This document shows positions 1 through 9,072 of a stretch of 26,058 nt of DNA, piece by piece (the first letter of the stretch is position 1; each line of letters starts with the position of its first letter). The notes below the pieces were generated by a model. The model was not told the DNA's origin and did not search any database. It saw only the letters and a program-made list of their open reading frames with translations. A program made the position numbers and the translations under genes. Source of the stretch: a virus (lineage: Duplodnaviria > Caudoviricetes); IMG/VR virus record IMGVR_UViG_3300005805_000416, positions 1-26,058 of that record. One strand, 5' to 3'.

Positions 1-447
1 CCAGATCTGGATATTAGTGCAATTCCTATTGTTGATCCTGATAAATTCAATACCAGTGCACGACATTTTTTCTTAGATCTTCCTAAACTACAACAATATA
101 GAATTAACAATGATTTTACCGTTGAAGAATTTGATAAAGAAAATCAACAAAATTGGTTTATGCCAAAAAAATATTATAGTATAGATATTGAAAATTATGT
201 ATTAAATTTATGTAAAACTGATATAGAACGACAAAGAGTACAAGCAGAACTTATTCTGTTTAAGAAATATCATTTTGAAAAAGTATTGCAATATCTAATA
301 TATCTGGTCGATACTCTAAGACAAAATCGAATTGTTTGGGGATTAGGACGTGGTAGTAGTGTAGCTAGTTATGTATTGTATCTAATCGGTATACATAAAA
401 TCGATAGTATAAAATTTAATTTAGATATCAATGAATTTTTAAAATAG
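1..447 (+). CDS. DNA polymerase III alpha (DnaE)-like fragment, stand-alone, 5' partial
   Basis: Frame is open from base 1 (PDLDISAIP...QQNWFMPKKY), so the ORF starts upstream of the tracked ATG at 160. It contains WGLGRGSSVASYVLYLIGIHKID, matching the DnaE GxGRGSxxxSxVxYxxGIxxxD motif, and stops (TAG) before the PDIDxD catalytic motif. Confidence 0.75.
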   Translation, partial: PDLDISAIPIVDPDKFNTSARHFFLDLPKLQQYRINNDFTVEEFDKENQQNWFMPKKYYSIDIENYVLNLCKTDIERQRVQAELILFKKYHFEKVLQYLIYLVDTLRQNRIVWGLGRGSSVASYVLYLIGIHKIDSIKFNLDINEFLK

Positions 448-455
448 GTGATAAC

Positions 456-665
456 ATGCCAAGAATATATAGATCAGCCCAAGGGCAACTAATAAATATG
501 GATGCTCTGTATTTGCTAAATGAAAAAGCGCAGGCAATCGGCAATATGCGAGTTAATAGCAATGGCGATGAAATCGATGCCAATGGTCAGGTTGTTAGAA
601 AACGCGATGAAAAAATGCGTGATTATTATCAACAGGGGCAACAAACACACAAAGGAAAACGTTAA
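456..665 (+). CDS. hypothetical protein
   Basis: 69 aa ORF with an AGGTG SD upstream and a TAATG overlap with the next gene. Confidence 0.75.
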   Translation: MPRIYRSAQGQLINMDALYLLNEKAQAIGNMRVNSNGDEIDANGQVVRKRDEKMRDYYQQGQQTHKGKR

Positions 666-1009
666 TGTCATATCAATCAATTAAACCTATTAGGGATTAC
701 ATTTTAGTAACTGAAATGAACTTTGGAGAACGACAATTATCCAGTGGTTTATATCTACTATCAGATGATAAAAAAAGTCAAGGTATCAGGCCAAGATGGG
801 GTAAAGTCTTTGCAATCGGTCCGGAACAAGAGGATGTTAAAGTAGGTGAGTGGGTGTTAATAGAACATGGTCGATGGACAAGAGGAGTTGAGGTCACCAT
901 ACAAGAGGAAAAACTTGTATTGCGCAGAATTGACAATAATGCAATTATGTTAGTCAGTGATCAACAACCCAGTGCAGATGATTTGCTCAGTGAGGCCACA
1001 GTAGTATGA
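665..1009 (+). CDS. groES: GroES-like co-chaperonin
   Basis: IKPIRDYILV...SGLYL...GKVFAIGP...VKVGEWVL follows the Cpn10 pattern (P-x-x-D-x-V-x-V, mobile loop, GxVxAvG, VKVGD). Confidence 0.85.
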   Translation: MSYQSIKPIRDYILVTEMNFGERQLSSGLYLLSDDKKSQGIRPRWGKVFAIGPEQEDVKVGEWVLIEHGRWTRGVEVTIQEEKLVLRRIDNNAIMLVSDQQPSADDLLSEATVV

Positions 1010-1257
1010 GTTTTATTCAACGATGGAATGTAGAAAATATTATATCGCAACTTAGACAGGCAGGTCGTGAATGTTCCAGTTCCTATAACGACGGATTTGT
1101 GGCTTGGGGTTGTAAACAAGATTTGTATCAAATATATTTTGAATTACATGAAATTTTAAACTATTGTCCTGAATTTGCAGGTGAAAAAGAATATTTAAAT
1201 GAAAAATCTAAGAAACAGATGTGGGAAAAACTAAACAAAGTTACGGGCAACACATAA
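1006..1257 (+). CDS. hypothetical protein
   Basis: 83 aa ORF with ATGA and TAATG overlaps to both neighbours. Confidence 0.75.
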   Translation: MSFIQRWNVENIISQLRQAGRECSSSYNDGFVAWGCKQDLYQIYFELHEILNYCPEFAGEKEYLNEKSKKQMWEKLNKVTGNT

Positions 1258-1730
1258 TGATATTCAATAAAGTAAAACAATTGAAAGCAGAGGGGAAAAC
1301 TATAGGTATTACTTTTTCAACCTTTGATCTTGGTCCGCATGCAGGACATATATCTATGCTGTCAGAAGCAAAAAATCACTGTGATTACTTAATTTGCGGG
1401 TTACAGACCGACCCCACAATTGATCGACCCCAGACAAAAAACAAGCCCATTCAAAGTATTGTAGAAAGACAAATTCAGCTGGCTGCTACTAGATATGTAG
1501 ACGAAATTGTGGTTTATCAAACGGAAAAAGATCTAGAGGACATTTTATTAACTTTGCCAATTGATGTAAGAATACTTGGTGTTGAATATGCCTCTACTGA
1601 TTACACTGGTAAAAAAATCTGTGAGGATCGTGGAATCAAAGTGGTATTTAACAGCCGCGATCATAGTTTTAGTAGCAGTAATCTAAGAAAGCGTGTATAC
1701 GAATCGGAAAATAGCAAAACGACAAAGTAA
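1257..1730 (+). CDS. cytidylyltransferase family protein (TagD/RfaE-II-like)
   Basis: TFSTFDLGPHAGH (HxGH), YLICGLQTD, ER, YVDEI, LGVEY and RDHSFSSSNLR motifs. Start moved to the ATG at 1257, which is coupled to the upstream stop. Confidence 0.85.
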   Translation: MIFNKVKQLKAEGKTIGITFSTFDLGPHAGHISMLSEAKNHCDYLICGLQTDPTIDRPQTKNKPIQSIVERQIQLAATRYVDEIVVYQTEKDLEDILLTLPIDVRILGVEYASTDYTGKKICEDRGIKVVFNSRDHSFSSSNLRKRVYESENSKTTK

Positions 1731-1733
1731 AAC

Positions 1734-1762
1734 TTGTTTATAAATTTACTTTGTAGTATAAT
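1734..1762 (+). promoter_or_regulatory. sigma70-type early promoter upstream of the clamp loader
   Basis: TTGTTT (1734-1739), 17 nt spacer, TATAAT (1757-1762), followed by SD AGAGGAG and ATG at 1781. Confidence 0.6.
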
Positions 1763-1780
1763 TGTAAAGAGGAGTATATA

Positions 1781-2713
1781 ATGACTGTAGCTAATAAATT
1801 ATGGACTGAATTTTATCGTCCTACCACAATTAATGAATATGTTTTTACCGATAATAATCTTAAAGAGCAAGTAAATGCTTGGATTGAACAAAAAACTATT
1901 CCTCATTTGTTGTTATACGGTCCGGCCGGTACTGGTAAAACTACTTTAGCTAAAATACTTGTAAATCAACTGGAAATTGACGGTTTTGATTTTTTACAGG
2001 TAAACGCTAGTAGAGATAATGGTGTGGATTTCTTAAAAAATAAAATCGAAGGCTTTGTAAGTACTATTCCATTCGGTGATCTTAAAATTGTATTATTAGA
2101 TGAAGCAGATTATCTAAGTCAGCCTGCTCAGGGTATTTTGCGAGGATTACTAGAAACTTATGCTGCTAATGCAAGATTTATTATGACCTGTAACTTGCAT
2201 CATAAAATTATCCCGCCTTTAAAAAGTAGATGCACAGAAATTCATATTGATAAAACTGATCCAGTGGAATTTACTGAAAGAGTAGCACAGATTCTTCTCA
2301 ATGAGAATATAGATTTTAATCTCGAAGTATTAGATACCTATGTAAAGGCAACTTATCCAGATCTTCGTAAATGTTTAAATTTACTGCAGACCAATAGTGT
2401 AACAGGGCAACTACGTATCATTGCACATGATCAATCTACAACTGACGACTATCGTATTGCCATGGTAGATTTATTTAAAAAACGTAATTACAAAGCAGCT
2501 AGACAGCTATTATGTAGTCAGGCACGCCCAGAAGAAATGGAAGACATATTTCGTTGGGCATATGACAATTTAGATATTTGGAGTAGTAGTGAGGAAGGAC
2601 AAGATGAAGCTATCTTAATTATTAGAAAAGCTCTTATACATCATAGTCAAGTTGGAGATCCCGAAATTAATCTCAGTGCCTGTCTGATTGAATTAAGTCA
2701 GATTGATAAGTAA
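1781..2713 (+). CDS. sliding clamp loader subunit (gp44/RFC small subunit-like AAA+ ATPase)
   Basis: LWTEFYRP, PHLLLYGPAGTGKTT (Walker A), NASRDNG, VLLDEAD (Walker B), PLKSRC (SRC motif) and DLRK. Confidence 0.93.
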   Translation: MTVANKLWTEFYRPTTINEYVFTDNNLKEQVNAWIEQKTIPHLLLYGPAGTGKTTLAKILVNQLEIDGFDFLQVNASRDNGVDFLKNKIEGFVSTIPFGDLKIVLLDEADYLSQPAQGILRGLLETYAANARFIMTCNLHHKIIPPLKSRCTEIHIDKTDPVEFTERVAQILLNENIDFNLEVLDTYVKATYPDLRKCLNLLQTNSVTGQLRIIAHDQSTTDDYRIAMVDLFKKRNYKAARQLLCSQARPEEMEDIFRWAYDNLDIWSSSEEGQDEAILIIRKALIHHSQVGDPEINLSACLIELSQIDK

Positions 2714-2717
2714 GTGT

Positions 2718-2960
2718 ATGCAACAGTATCAAGCTAAGAGAAAACCAAAAATAGTAGATCCCAATGCGCCGCCAAGACCTACACTGTTAGGGCATGAAAA
2801 AGAACTTAAAGGTTATAGAAATACCTTATCTTATCAGGCCGATTTAATAAAAAATCAATCTATAGCAATTAAGACCTTAGAGCGCCAAGTTAATACACTA
2901 CAAAGCAGGCTAGATGCAATTCAAAGCCTGCTTAGTAGGCATACAATTATCAAGAAATAG
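2718..2960 (+). CDS. hypothetical coiled-coil protein
   Basis: ATG at 2718 just after the clamp loader stop; heptad-like C-terminal half. Confidence 0.65.
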   Translation: MQQYQAKRKPKIVDPNAPPRPTLLGHEKELKGYRNTLSYQADLIKNQSIAIKTLERQVNTLQSRLDAIQSLLSRHTIIKK

Positions 2961-3689
2961 TTAAATCTCCTTGTAAATTTTAAGTACCTCTATTACTGCT
3001 GGATGCCGTTGAATATCTTTTCCAGTTAGTTCAACCCCGGCAACATACATACAAGTAGTATAACTTGTAACTAGACTTTTAAAGTCTAGTAGCCCATTAT
3101 CAACTTTCTGCCTATCGGTTTGTTGAATATCACCAGTTACAATCATTTTACTAGATTCGCCTAAGCGGGTTAACAGCATTTTCATTTGATTAGGTGTTGC
3201 ATTTTGCATTTCGTCTGCAATTATCCATGCATTCTTAAATGTCCGTCCCCGCATAAATGCCAGTGGAGAAATCTCAATTACTTGTTCATCTAGCATTTTA
3301 GCTACTTCTTTTTTGTCGTAGTACTCTAACAAAACATCAAACAGAGGTCTGGTCCATGGTTCCATCTTCTGATTAAGATCACCTGGTAAGAAACCATGTT
3401 GTTCGTCGTCGACTCCCACCGCAGGTCTGGTTAATACAATTTTAGTTATATCACCATTTTTTAATGCTTGAATACCTGCTAACATCGCTAACATAGTTTT
3501 ACCCGTGCCTGCAGGCCCAGTAGCAAATACAATTAACTTGCTGGGATCAGTAAGTAAATTAATATATGTTTCTTGATTTAGTGTTTTAGGTAGAAGTGCT
3601 ATTTGACGTTTTTTTGTGTAGTAGTGATTAAGACTTATTACATTTGTTTCAACTGCTTGAGCTTGAAATCTGGATTTTCTCTTCGACAA
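2961..3689 (-). CDS. phoH: PhoH-like ATPase
   Basis: GPAGTGKT, LTRPAV, GFLPGDL, LAFMRGRTF, IIADEMQN, LLTRLG, GDxxQ and RHP motifs; TTG start with an AGGAGG SD. Confidence 0.95.
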   Translation of the reverse strand: MSKRKSRFQAQAVETNVISLNHYYTKKRQIALLPKTLNQETYINLLTDPSKLIVFATGPAGTGKTMLAMLAGIQALKNGDITKIVLTRPAVGVDDEQHGFLPGDLNQKMEPWTRPLFDVLLEYYDKKEVAKMLDEQVIEISPLAFMRGRTFKNAWIIADEMQNATPNQMKMLLTRLGESSKMIVTGDIQQTDRQKVDNGLLDFKSLVTSYTTCMYVAGVELTGKDIQRHPAVIEVLKIYKEI

Positions 3690-3734
3690 TGCGTCCTCCT
3701 GTTACTTGTAAGTGAACTAATAGATTCACGTTAA

Positions 3735-3742
3735 TATTTACA
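3735..3742 (-). promoter_or_regulatory. candidate T4-like late promoter for phoH (TGTAAATA)
   Basis: TAAATA core on the minus strand about 45 nt upstream of the phoH start, in the divergent intergenic region. Confidence 0.4.
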
Positions 3743-3850
3743 TATTAAAAAAAACCGCAATATCTAGCTATTATAATATTTTTTTTGGCATAAGTATTAA
3801 GCTATACTGTGCAGCTAATAATTAGTTCAAGAAACTTTCAATCAAATTGG

Positions 3851-3858
3851 TATAAATA
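3851..3858 (+). promoter_or_regulatory. T4-like late promoter TATAAATA
   Basis: Exact match to the T4 gp55 late promoter consensus, 23 nt upstream of the ATG at 3882, in intergenic DNA. Confidence 0.7.
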
Positions 3859-3881
3859 CCTAATAATAGCGACAAATTAAT

Positions 3882-4427
3882 ATGGCAACCAACATTAAAG
3901 ACATCCTGGACAATGTAAAAGAAATTTACATGACCGACAGCAGTCTAAACACTCTGATAGACTATGAACGAGTCCTTGATCAATTAGATCTTTATAGTTA
4001 CAAAAATTGGCAAGAAGGCGAGCTAATAAAAGGTCCGATATACGAAAAATATTTTATTACCTGTAGTTGGATGTTTCCCTTTAGAAAAATGCCAGATCCC
4101 TCGGGAGCAGAAAGATTACTAAATCATGGGTGTGAAATCAGTTATCATAAGGATATCTATGAATATCCCATCACTGTAAAATCCCCGGATGATTTTCAAC
4201 CTGGCACAAAATACCCAAGAATAGTTAAGAAACCAATTTGGGTTGTTACTATTACTATGCCAAAAAAATTAATGGGCGACATAGAACGTGGCAGCATCGA
4301 ACTAGAAAATGAAATAATTGATTCCGAGGATATAGAAACCGCCTATGAGGAAGGCATGGATGATGCCACTGAACAAAAAACGGATATAAAAAATGAATTC
4401 ACTCAGCAACAGATCCCAACAATTTAA
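3882..4427 (+). CDS. hypothetical late protein
   Basis: 181 aa ORF downstream of a late promoter, with an acidic C-terminus. Confidence 0.8.
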   Translation: MATNIKDILDNVKEIYMTDSSLNTLIDYERVLDQLDLYSYKNWQEGELIKGPIYEKYFITCSWMFPFRKMPDPSGAERLLNHGCEISYHKDIYEYPITVKSPDDFQPGTKYPRIVKKPIWVVTITMPKKLMGDIERGSIELENEIIDSEDIETAYEEGMDDATEQKTDIKNEFTQQQIPTI

Positions 4428-4965
4428 ACTACAAGAGGGATTAGAACATGGCGATCTTAGACGTTTAGTCTTTAGTACTTTCAGTATCGACGAATACAAA
4501 AGTAAGATGGGCGAAGATGCCGATGTAATGGTTATTACTTTCAAGGTATTAGGTAATGATCCTGCTAACGACTTAATGGAATTCATTGAACGAGGATACG
4601 ACTTTGTTTTAGATGCTGATGTAAGTTCGGGCGAAGACAGTGATGGTAATTGGCTGGTATTTGTTGAAATGGACAGATCCCGATTAAGATCGAAAGATAT
4701 AGTACGATTAATAGAAGAAATACTTAATTTGACTGAACAAAACATCACCGACTGGTCATTTACTTATAAAGATGATAAAATTCCTTATTCAGTCAGTGAG
4801 GAAAACATAGATCAACAAGTTCCATTATCTCCAAAACAATATAGAGAGCGTTTTGGCGACAAAGAAATGGATCAACTAAAAGAAACTGCTAGAATTCCCA
4901 TAAACCGCAAGGCACCTTCAAATTATTACACTGATCAAATCAAAATTGCTGCGGGGTTAAAATGA
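4393..4965 (+). CDS. hypothetical late protein
   Basis: 190 aa acidic ORF overlapping the previous gene by 35 nt; exact start uncertain. Confidence 0.75.
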   Translation: MNSLSNRSQQFKLQEGLEHGDLRRLVFSTFSIDEYKSKMGEDADVMVITFKVLGNDPANDLMEFIERGYDFVLDADVSSGEDSDGNWLVFVEMDRSRLRSKDIVRLIEEILNLTEQNITDWSFTYKDDKIPYSVSEENIDQQVPLSPKQYRERFGDKEMDQLKETARIPINRKAPSNYYTDQIKIAAGLK

Positions 4966-4984
4966 TATACTCAAGGAGCATTAA

Positions 4985-5632
4985 ATGTCGCAGGGTTTTA
5001 ATTTCGAATTTACTGTTGAACATCTAAAACAAATAATAGGCAATAACCCCTATATCGATCATTGGCACGAAGCTTTAGGCAAAATACTGCCAGACTATGA
5101 AATAGATACACCCAAGAGATTAGCGGCTTTTTTAGCACAATGTGCACATGAAAGTGGAAACTTTAGAGCAATCAAAGAAAATCTAAACTATAAATGGGAA
5201 AGTTTAAGAAAAATATTCCCAAAATATTTTCCCACCGATGATTTGGCAAAACAGTATGCTGCCCTACCTAGTGCAAAAAAACAAGAAGCTATAGCTAATC
5301 GAATCTATGCTAATAGAATGGGTAATGGTCCCGAAGAATCTGGCGACGGTTTTAGATATTGTGGTAGAGGACTAATACAGTTAACCGGCAAAGATAACTA
5401 TACAAGATATGCACAAAGCTTAGAAATAAGCGTGGAAGAAGCTAGTGAACATCTAACAACATTTGAAGGCTGTGTGCAAAGTGCTTGCTGGTTTTGGGAA
5501 GCAAATAATTTAAATCAGTGGGCGGATAAACAGGATATTATAACGCTTACTAAAAGAATAAATGGTGGCACCATTGGATTAGAAGATCGTATTAAACATT
5601 ATAATCATGCTTGTCATGTGTTAGGAGTCTAG
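4985..5632 (+). CDS. glycoside hydrolase family 19 endolysin
   Basis: FLAQCAHES, ENLNY, YCGRGLIQLTGKDNY, SACWFW and TKRINGG..GLEDR motifs; AAGGAG SD. Confidence 0.93.
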   Translation: MSQGFNFEFTVEHLKQIIGNNPYIDHWHEALGKILPDYEIDTPKRLAAFLAQCAHESGNFRAIKENLNYKWESLRKIFPKYFPTDDLAKQYAALPSAKKQEAIANRIYANRMGNGPEESGDGFRYCGRGLIQLTGKDNYTRYAQSLEISVEEASEHLTTFEGCVQSACWFWEANNLNQWADKQDIITLTKRINGGTIGLEDRIKHYNHACHVLGV

Positions 5633-5633
5633 T

Positions 5634-5762
5634 ATGTCTAACTTTGTCCCTAATTGTTTTTATTCAATAATAACGTTGGGACACTCGTTTAAAAAGTTTT
5701 CATTACTGGCCAATTGCAATAAATGGTACAGTTATCAATGTAACAGAAAAGGTGTCAAGTGA
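5634..5762 (+). CDS. possible 42 aa small protein (not in ORF track)
   Basis: MSNFVPNCFYSIITLGHSFKKFSLLANCNKWYSYQCNRKGVK; AGGAG upstream and a TGATG overlap with the next gene; fills the gap exactly. Confidence 0.35.
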   Translation: MSNFVPNCFYSIITLGHSFKKFSLLANCNKWYSYQCNRKGVK

Positions 5763-6256
5763 TGTTTATTCTACATTTATTACCAGACAGTATATTAGAA
5801 TTTATTGTAAATGCTGTTCTTATATTGGGCATAATTTCTACATTATTATCATTCTTTGTTCTTAATAGAATACTAAGATTAATTCCAGGCTTGGCAAGTT
5901 ATCATACTGTTATTCAGATTGCAAGTGTAATAATTTTAGCTGCAGGCTTATATTTTAAAGGCGGATATACAACTGAAATGATATGGCGTGCAGAAGTTGC
6001 ACAACTTAAAGAGGATTTAGACAAAGCAAAAAATAAGGCTGCAGAGGTAGTCACTGTGGTTGAAGAAAAAGTAATATACAAAGATAAAATTATAAGAGAA
6101 AAAGCCCAGACTCTGGTACAGTATATCGATAGAGAAGTAATTAAAAAAGAAGAAGTTGTAAAATACATCGAAAACTGTCCTGTGCCCAATGATCTAATAG
6201 ATATACATAATCAGGCTGCAAAAATAAATGCGGCGGCCCGAGGAGAACAAAAATGA
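5762..6256 (+). CDS. putative inner-membrane spanin (Rz-like)
   Basis: Two N-terminal hydrophobic segments, then a coiled coil and a C-terminal Cys (NCPVP); lies after the endolysin and overlaps a lipoprotein gene. Confidence 0.7.
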   Translation: MFILHLLPDSILEFIVNAVLILGIISTLLSFFVLNRILRLIPGLASYHTVIQIASVIILAAGLYFKGGYTTEMIWRAEVAQLKEDLDKAKNKAAEVVTVVEEKVIYKDKIIREKAQTLVQYIDREVIKKEEVVKYIENCPVPNDLIDIHNQAAKINAAARGEQK

Positions 6257-6531
6257 AAACAAAGGTGGCTTGTTTATCAACACTTTTGCTAATTGGTTGT
6301 GCTAAACCGGTCCCAATTAAAATGGATTTTCCTCCTGTGCCCGAGATATTACAAAAAAAATGTGAGGAATTAAAAACTGTAACTACAGGCTCGACAGGTA
6401 CTGCAATAACAGAACTACTTAAAACTGTTGTAGAAAATTATACCCTATATCATGAATGTTCAAATAAGGTAGAGGGGTGGAATGAATGGTATACAAAAAT
6501 GAAAAACATTTATGATAAGGTAGGCAAATGA
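6253..6531 (+). CDS. putative outer-membrane spanin lipoprotein (Rz1-like)
   Basis: Lipobox LLIG-C, Pro-rich segment FPPVPE and two further Cys; directly follows the i-spanin candidate. Confidence 0.75.
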   Translation: MKTKVACLSTLLLIGCAKPVPIKMDFPPVPEILQKKCEELKTVTTGSTGTAITELLKTVVENYTLYHECSNKVEGWNEWYTKMKNIYDKVGK

Positions 6532-6785
6532 AAATTTTATTAGTTATTTCAAGTCTATTACTAGCAGGATGTGCTACAAATGATTATCAAATTTATGTAG
6601 AGGCACAACGCAGTGTCAGTAGAGATCTTACAGTGGCAGAAACTGCCAGACTAGCTGCACTAACTGAAATGGCAAAAAGCCCAGACCCCAGCGTAAAAGC
6701 AACAGCGATAATGTTAATACAGCAATTACAGGCAGGCACAAAAACAGTAACCATTCAGCCCCCAAAAAATTGGTTAGGTTTCTAA
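6528..6785 (+). CDS. putative lipoprotein
   Basis: Signal peptide with lipobox LLAG-C. Confidence 0.7.
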   Translation: MKILLVISSLLLAGCATNDYQIYVEAQRSVSRDLTVAETARLAALTEMAKSPDPSVKATAIMLIQQLQAGTKTVTIQPPKNWLGF

Positions 6786-7160
6786 ATGTTCGATTACGAT
6801 TTTGAAAAACTATTTGCTATACACATAAGTATGGGCATGGTTTTGGGAATTGTAGTTTTTTTCTTATTAGTAATTCTTTACCTTTGGCACAAAGATAGCA
6901 AAAGTAAAATCGACCTTAAAGATCTTATTTGTAAAGATAATAAATTAGATGAAAAGAAGTTTACCAGATTAGGTGCATGGATTGTCAGTACCTGGGGGTT
7001 CGTTTACTTAATTTTATCTAATAAGTTTACCGAATGGTATTTTACAGGCTATATGGCTATTTGGGTAGGTAATGCAATTGTGGACAAATATTTAAGTAGC
7101 AAAGTAGAAGAACATAAAGAATTTAAGGATGCAAATGATAGTACGAAGGGTAAACCATGA
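6786..7160 (+). CDS. membrane protein, holin candidate
   Basis: About three hydrophobic segments and a charged C-terminal tail; located in the lysis cassette. Confidence 0.55.
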   Translation: MFDYDFEKLFAIHISMGMVLGIVVFFLLVILYLWHKDSKSKIDLKDLICKDNKLDEKKFTRLGAWIVSTWGFVYLILSNKFTEWYFTGYMAIWVGNAIVDKYLSSKVEEHKEFKDANDSTKGKP

Positions 7161-7453
7161 ATGATTTCAAACTTTTAAAATATCTTATAGTGCTTTTACT
7201 ATTGCCATTAAGTTTAGTAATGTGCAGTGGTGATAGATTCAGATATCCTTGTCAAAATCCCGATAACTGGGACAAAGATATTTGTAAATTTCCTGCCTGT
7301 GATGTAACCAGAACATGTCCAGAACATGTATTTAAAGGACAAAGAGATCCTCGACAAGGGCCCCCAAAAGATGACCAAAATAAACCAATTTTTCCACAAA
7401 CTTCGCCTAGTTGTACACCGGCGCAAACACAAGGAGTTAGCTGTGCAAGATAA
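7157..7453 (+). CDS. membrane-anchored/exported Cys-rich small protein
   Basis: N-terminal hydrophobic stretch then RYPCQ..NW...CK.P.C...TCPE. Confidence 0.7.
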   Translation: MNDFKLLKYLIVLLLLPLSLVMCSGDRFRYPCQNPDNWDKDICKFPACDVTRTCPEHVFKGQRDPRQGPPKDDQNKPIFPQTSPSCTPAQTQGVSCAR

Positions 7454-7976
7454 AACTACTCAAACTTTCATTTATACCGAAGAACAGTTAATGGCTAGGC
7501 TTAAATTTTTTATCGGAATTTGCCTTGCTCTTACCCTTACAGGAATAGTATTTGTGGTACTGTATTCTATTATTTTTGTTACTCAACCATTGAATGCTAT
7601 ATCTCCCATAGATCAAAAATTCTTTGAATTAATTGTCCCTATTGCTACATTTTTAACTGGCACATTGTCAGGGATTATGTTAGCAGGGCACAGTAAAGAG
7701 GATCAAGAAGCCATGTTAGCAGCGCAGAAAAATGCTCAAATTGCAGCCGATTCTGCTAAAACACCTAAAACAGATAATAACAGCGGGAGTAAATTTAACA
7801 CCAGTTCGCCAAATGCATTTAGCACAGGAGCACAGTGGAATCCTCAACCAGCGGCAGCAACAAATAGTTGGGGATCGCAGACTTTAACTCCCAGTCCTGC
7901 TTTGTTTACTGTTCCTGTAATGACCACTGCCAGCGGTAAAAAAATTATCCCGGATGAAGAGCAACCATTAATTTAA
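7443..7976 (+). CDS. two-TM membrane protein (holin/antiholin candidate)
   Basis: GTG at 7443 with an AAGGAG SD is a better start than 7326; two hydrophobic helices and a low-complexity C-terminal tail. Confidence 0.65.
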   Translation: MQDKTTQTFIYTEEQLMARLKFFIGICLALTLTGIVFVVLYSIIFVTQPLNAISPIDQKFFELIVPIATFLTGTLSGIMLAGHSKEDQEAMLAAQKNAQIAADSAKTPKTDNNSGSKFNTSSPNAFSTGAQWNPQPAAATNSWGSQTLTPSPALFTVPVMTTASGKKIIPDEEQPLI

Positions 7977-7987
7977 GGAAAATAACT

Positions 7988-8188
7988 ATGAAAACAATTA
8001 TAACAATTTTAGGTTTAGCATTTGCCACAACTGTATTTGCAGCTGGCGAAAAAAAGGAAGTCTGCACTGATAAAAAAGATAGTAAAGGTAATGTAGTGAA
8101 ACGTGCAGATGGAAAACCAGTTCAAGAATGTAAAACCATAACTGTACATAAAAAAGTTGAAGGTGAAAAAGTTCCTGAGAAAAAATAA
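7988..8188 (+). CDS. small exported protein
   Basis: AAGGA SD; signal peptide ending VFA-A; basic mature region with two Cys. Confidence 0.75.
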   Translation: MKTIITILGLAFATTVFAAGEKKEVCTDKKDSKGNVVKRADGKPVQECKTITVHKKVEGEKVPEKK

Positions 8189-8207
8189 TCAACCAGTATA
8201 AATCTAC

Positions 8208-8236
8208 TTGATAGAGTAACAAAATTATGTTATACT
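8208..8236 (+). promoter_or_regulatory. sigma70-type promoter with extended -10, probably giving a leaderless dnaJ mRNA
   Basis: TTGATA (8208-8213), 17 nt spacer ending TGT, TATACT (8231-8236); the ATG at 8243 falls at the expected +1 position. Confidence 0.65.
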
Positions 8237-8242
8237 TTTGAT

Positions 8243-9064
8243 ATGGATTTATATAATGTTTTGGGTCTTGATCGAACTGCCACTGCAGATGATATTAAAC
8301 GTGCCTATCGTAAATTAGCAAGTCAGCATCATCCTGATAAAGGAGGTGATACTGCTAAATTTCAAGCGATTCAAGAAGCTTATGCAACACTCAGCGATCC
8401 AGAAAAACGTGCACAATATGATCATGGGCCTACAGCTAATTTTAATCATCATGGCGGATTTCCCCACGATATAAATGATATCTTTAGTCAATTTGGTTTT
8501 AGATTTGGCCCAGGGGAAGAAGTATTTAATCATATCAGACGACGTAATCAGGACATAAGAATTGAAATCGAATGTAATCTATTAGATACACTATACGATC
8601 AAGATAAAAGTCTTAATATAAGATTTCCCAATGGCTCTAACAAAAACTATAACATTAAGATTCCTAAAGGAATAACTAGTGGAACAACTATTAAATATCC
8701 AAACCTAGGGGATCGGCAATTTGAAAATTTGCCTCCAGGTGATCTATTAGTAACTGTTAAACTACTGCGTCATCCCAATTTTGAAGTAAGTGGATTAGAT
8801 ATTATTACCAAAAAACAGATTAATAGTTTCGAAGCAATTCTTGGCTGCGATATATTAGTAAGCGGTTTAGATAAAAAACAATTTAGTCTACGGATACCTC
8901 CAGGCTGTCAATATAATTCAAAATTTAAAATTTCAGGGCAGGGACTACCGGGTTTTCAAAATGATATACAGGGTAATTTAATTGTTACAATAGAAATTCT
9001 TACTCCAAAAAATCTAAACGAAAATCAAATACAATTACTTAATCAATTGGTCAATTTAACTTAA
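8243..9064 (+). CDS. DnaJ-class chaperone (type II, CbpA-like, no zinc finger)
   Basis: J domain with [14 protein letters not shown], a G/F-rich linker and C-terminal domains (PPGDLLV, GQGLP, GNLIV). Confidence 0.92.
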   Translation: MDLYNVLGLDRTATADDIKRAYRKLASQHHPDKGGDTAKFQAIQEAYATLSDPEKRAQYDHGPTANFNHHGGFPHDINDIFSQFGFRFGPGEEVFNHIRRRNQDIRIEIECNLLDTLYDQDKSLNIRFPNGSNKNYNIKIPKGITSGTTIKYPNLGDRQFENLPPGDLLVTVKLLRHPNFEVSGLDIITKKQINSFEAILGCDILVSGLDKKQFSLRIPPGCQYNSKFKISGQGLPGFQNDIQGNLIVTIEILTPKNLNENQIQLLNQLVNLT

Positions 9065-9072
9065 ATAATTTT

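Noticed and set aside
5725-5758. Antisense promoter against the endolysin (TTGACA on the minus strand at 5758-5753)
   Set aside because: No convincing -10 element at 16-18 nt spacing.
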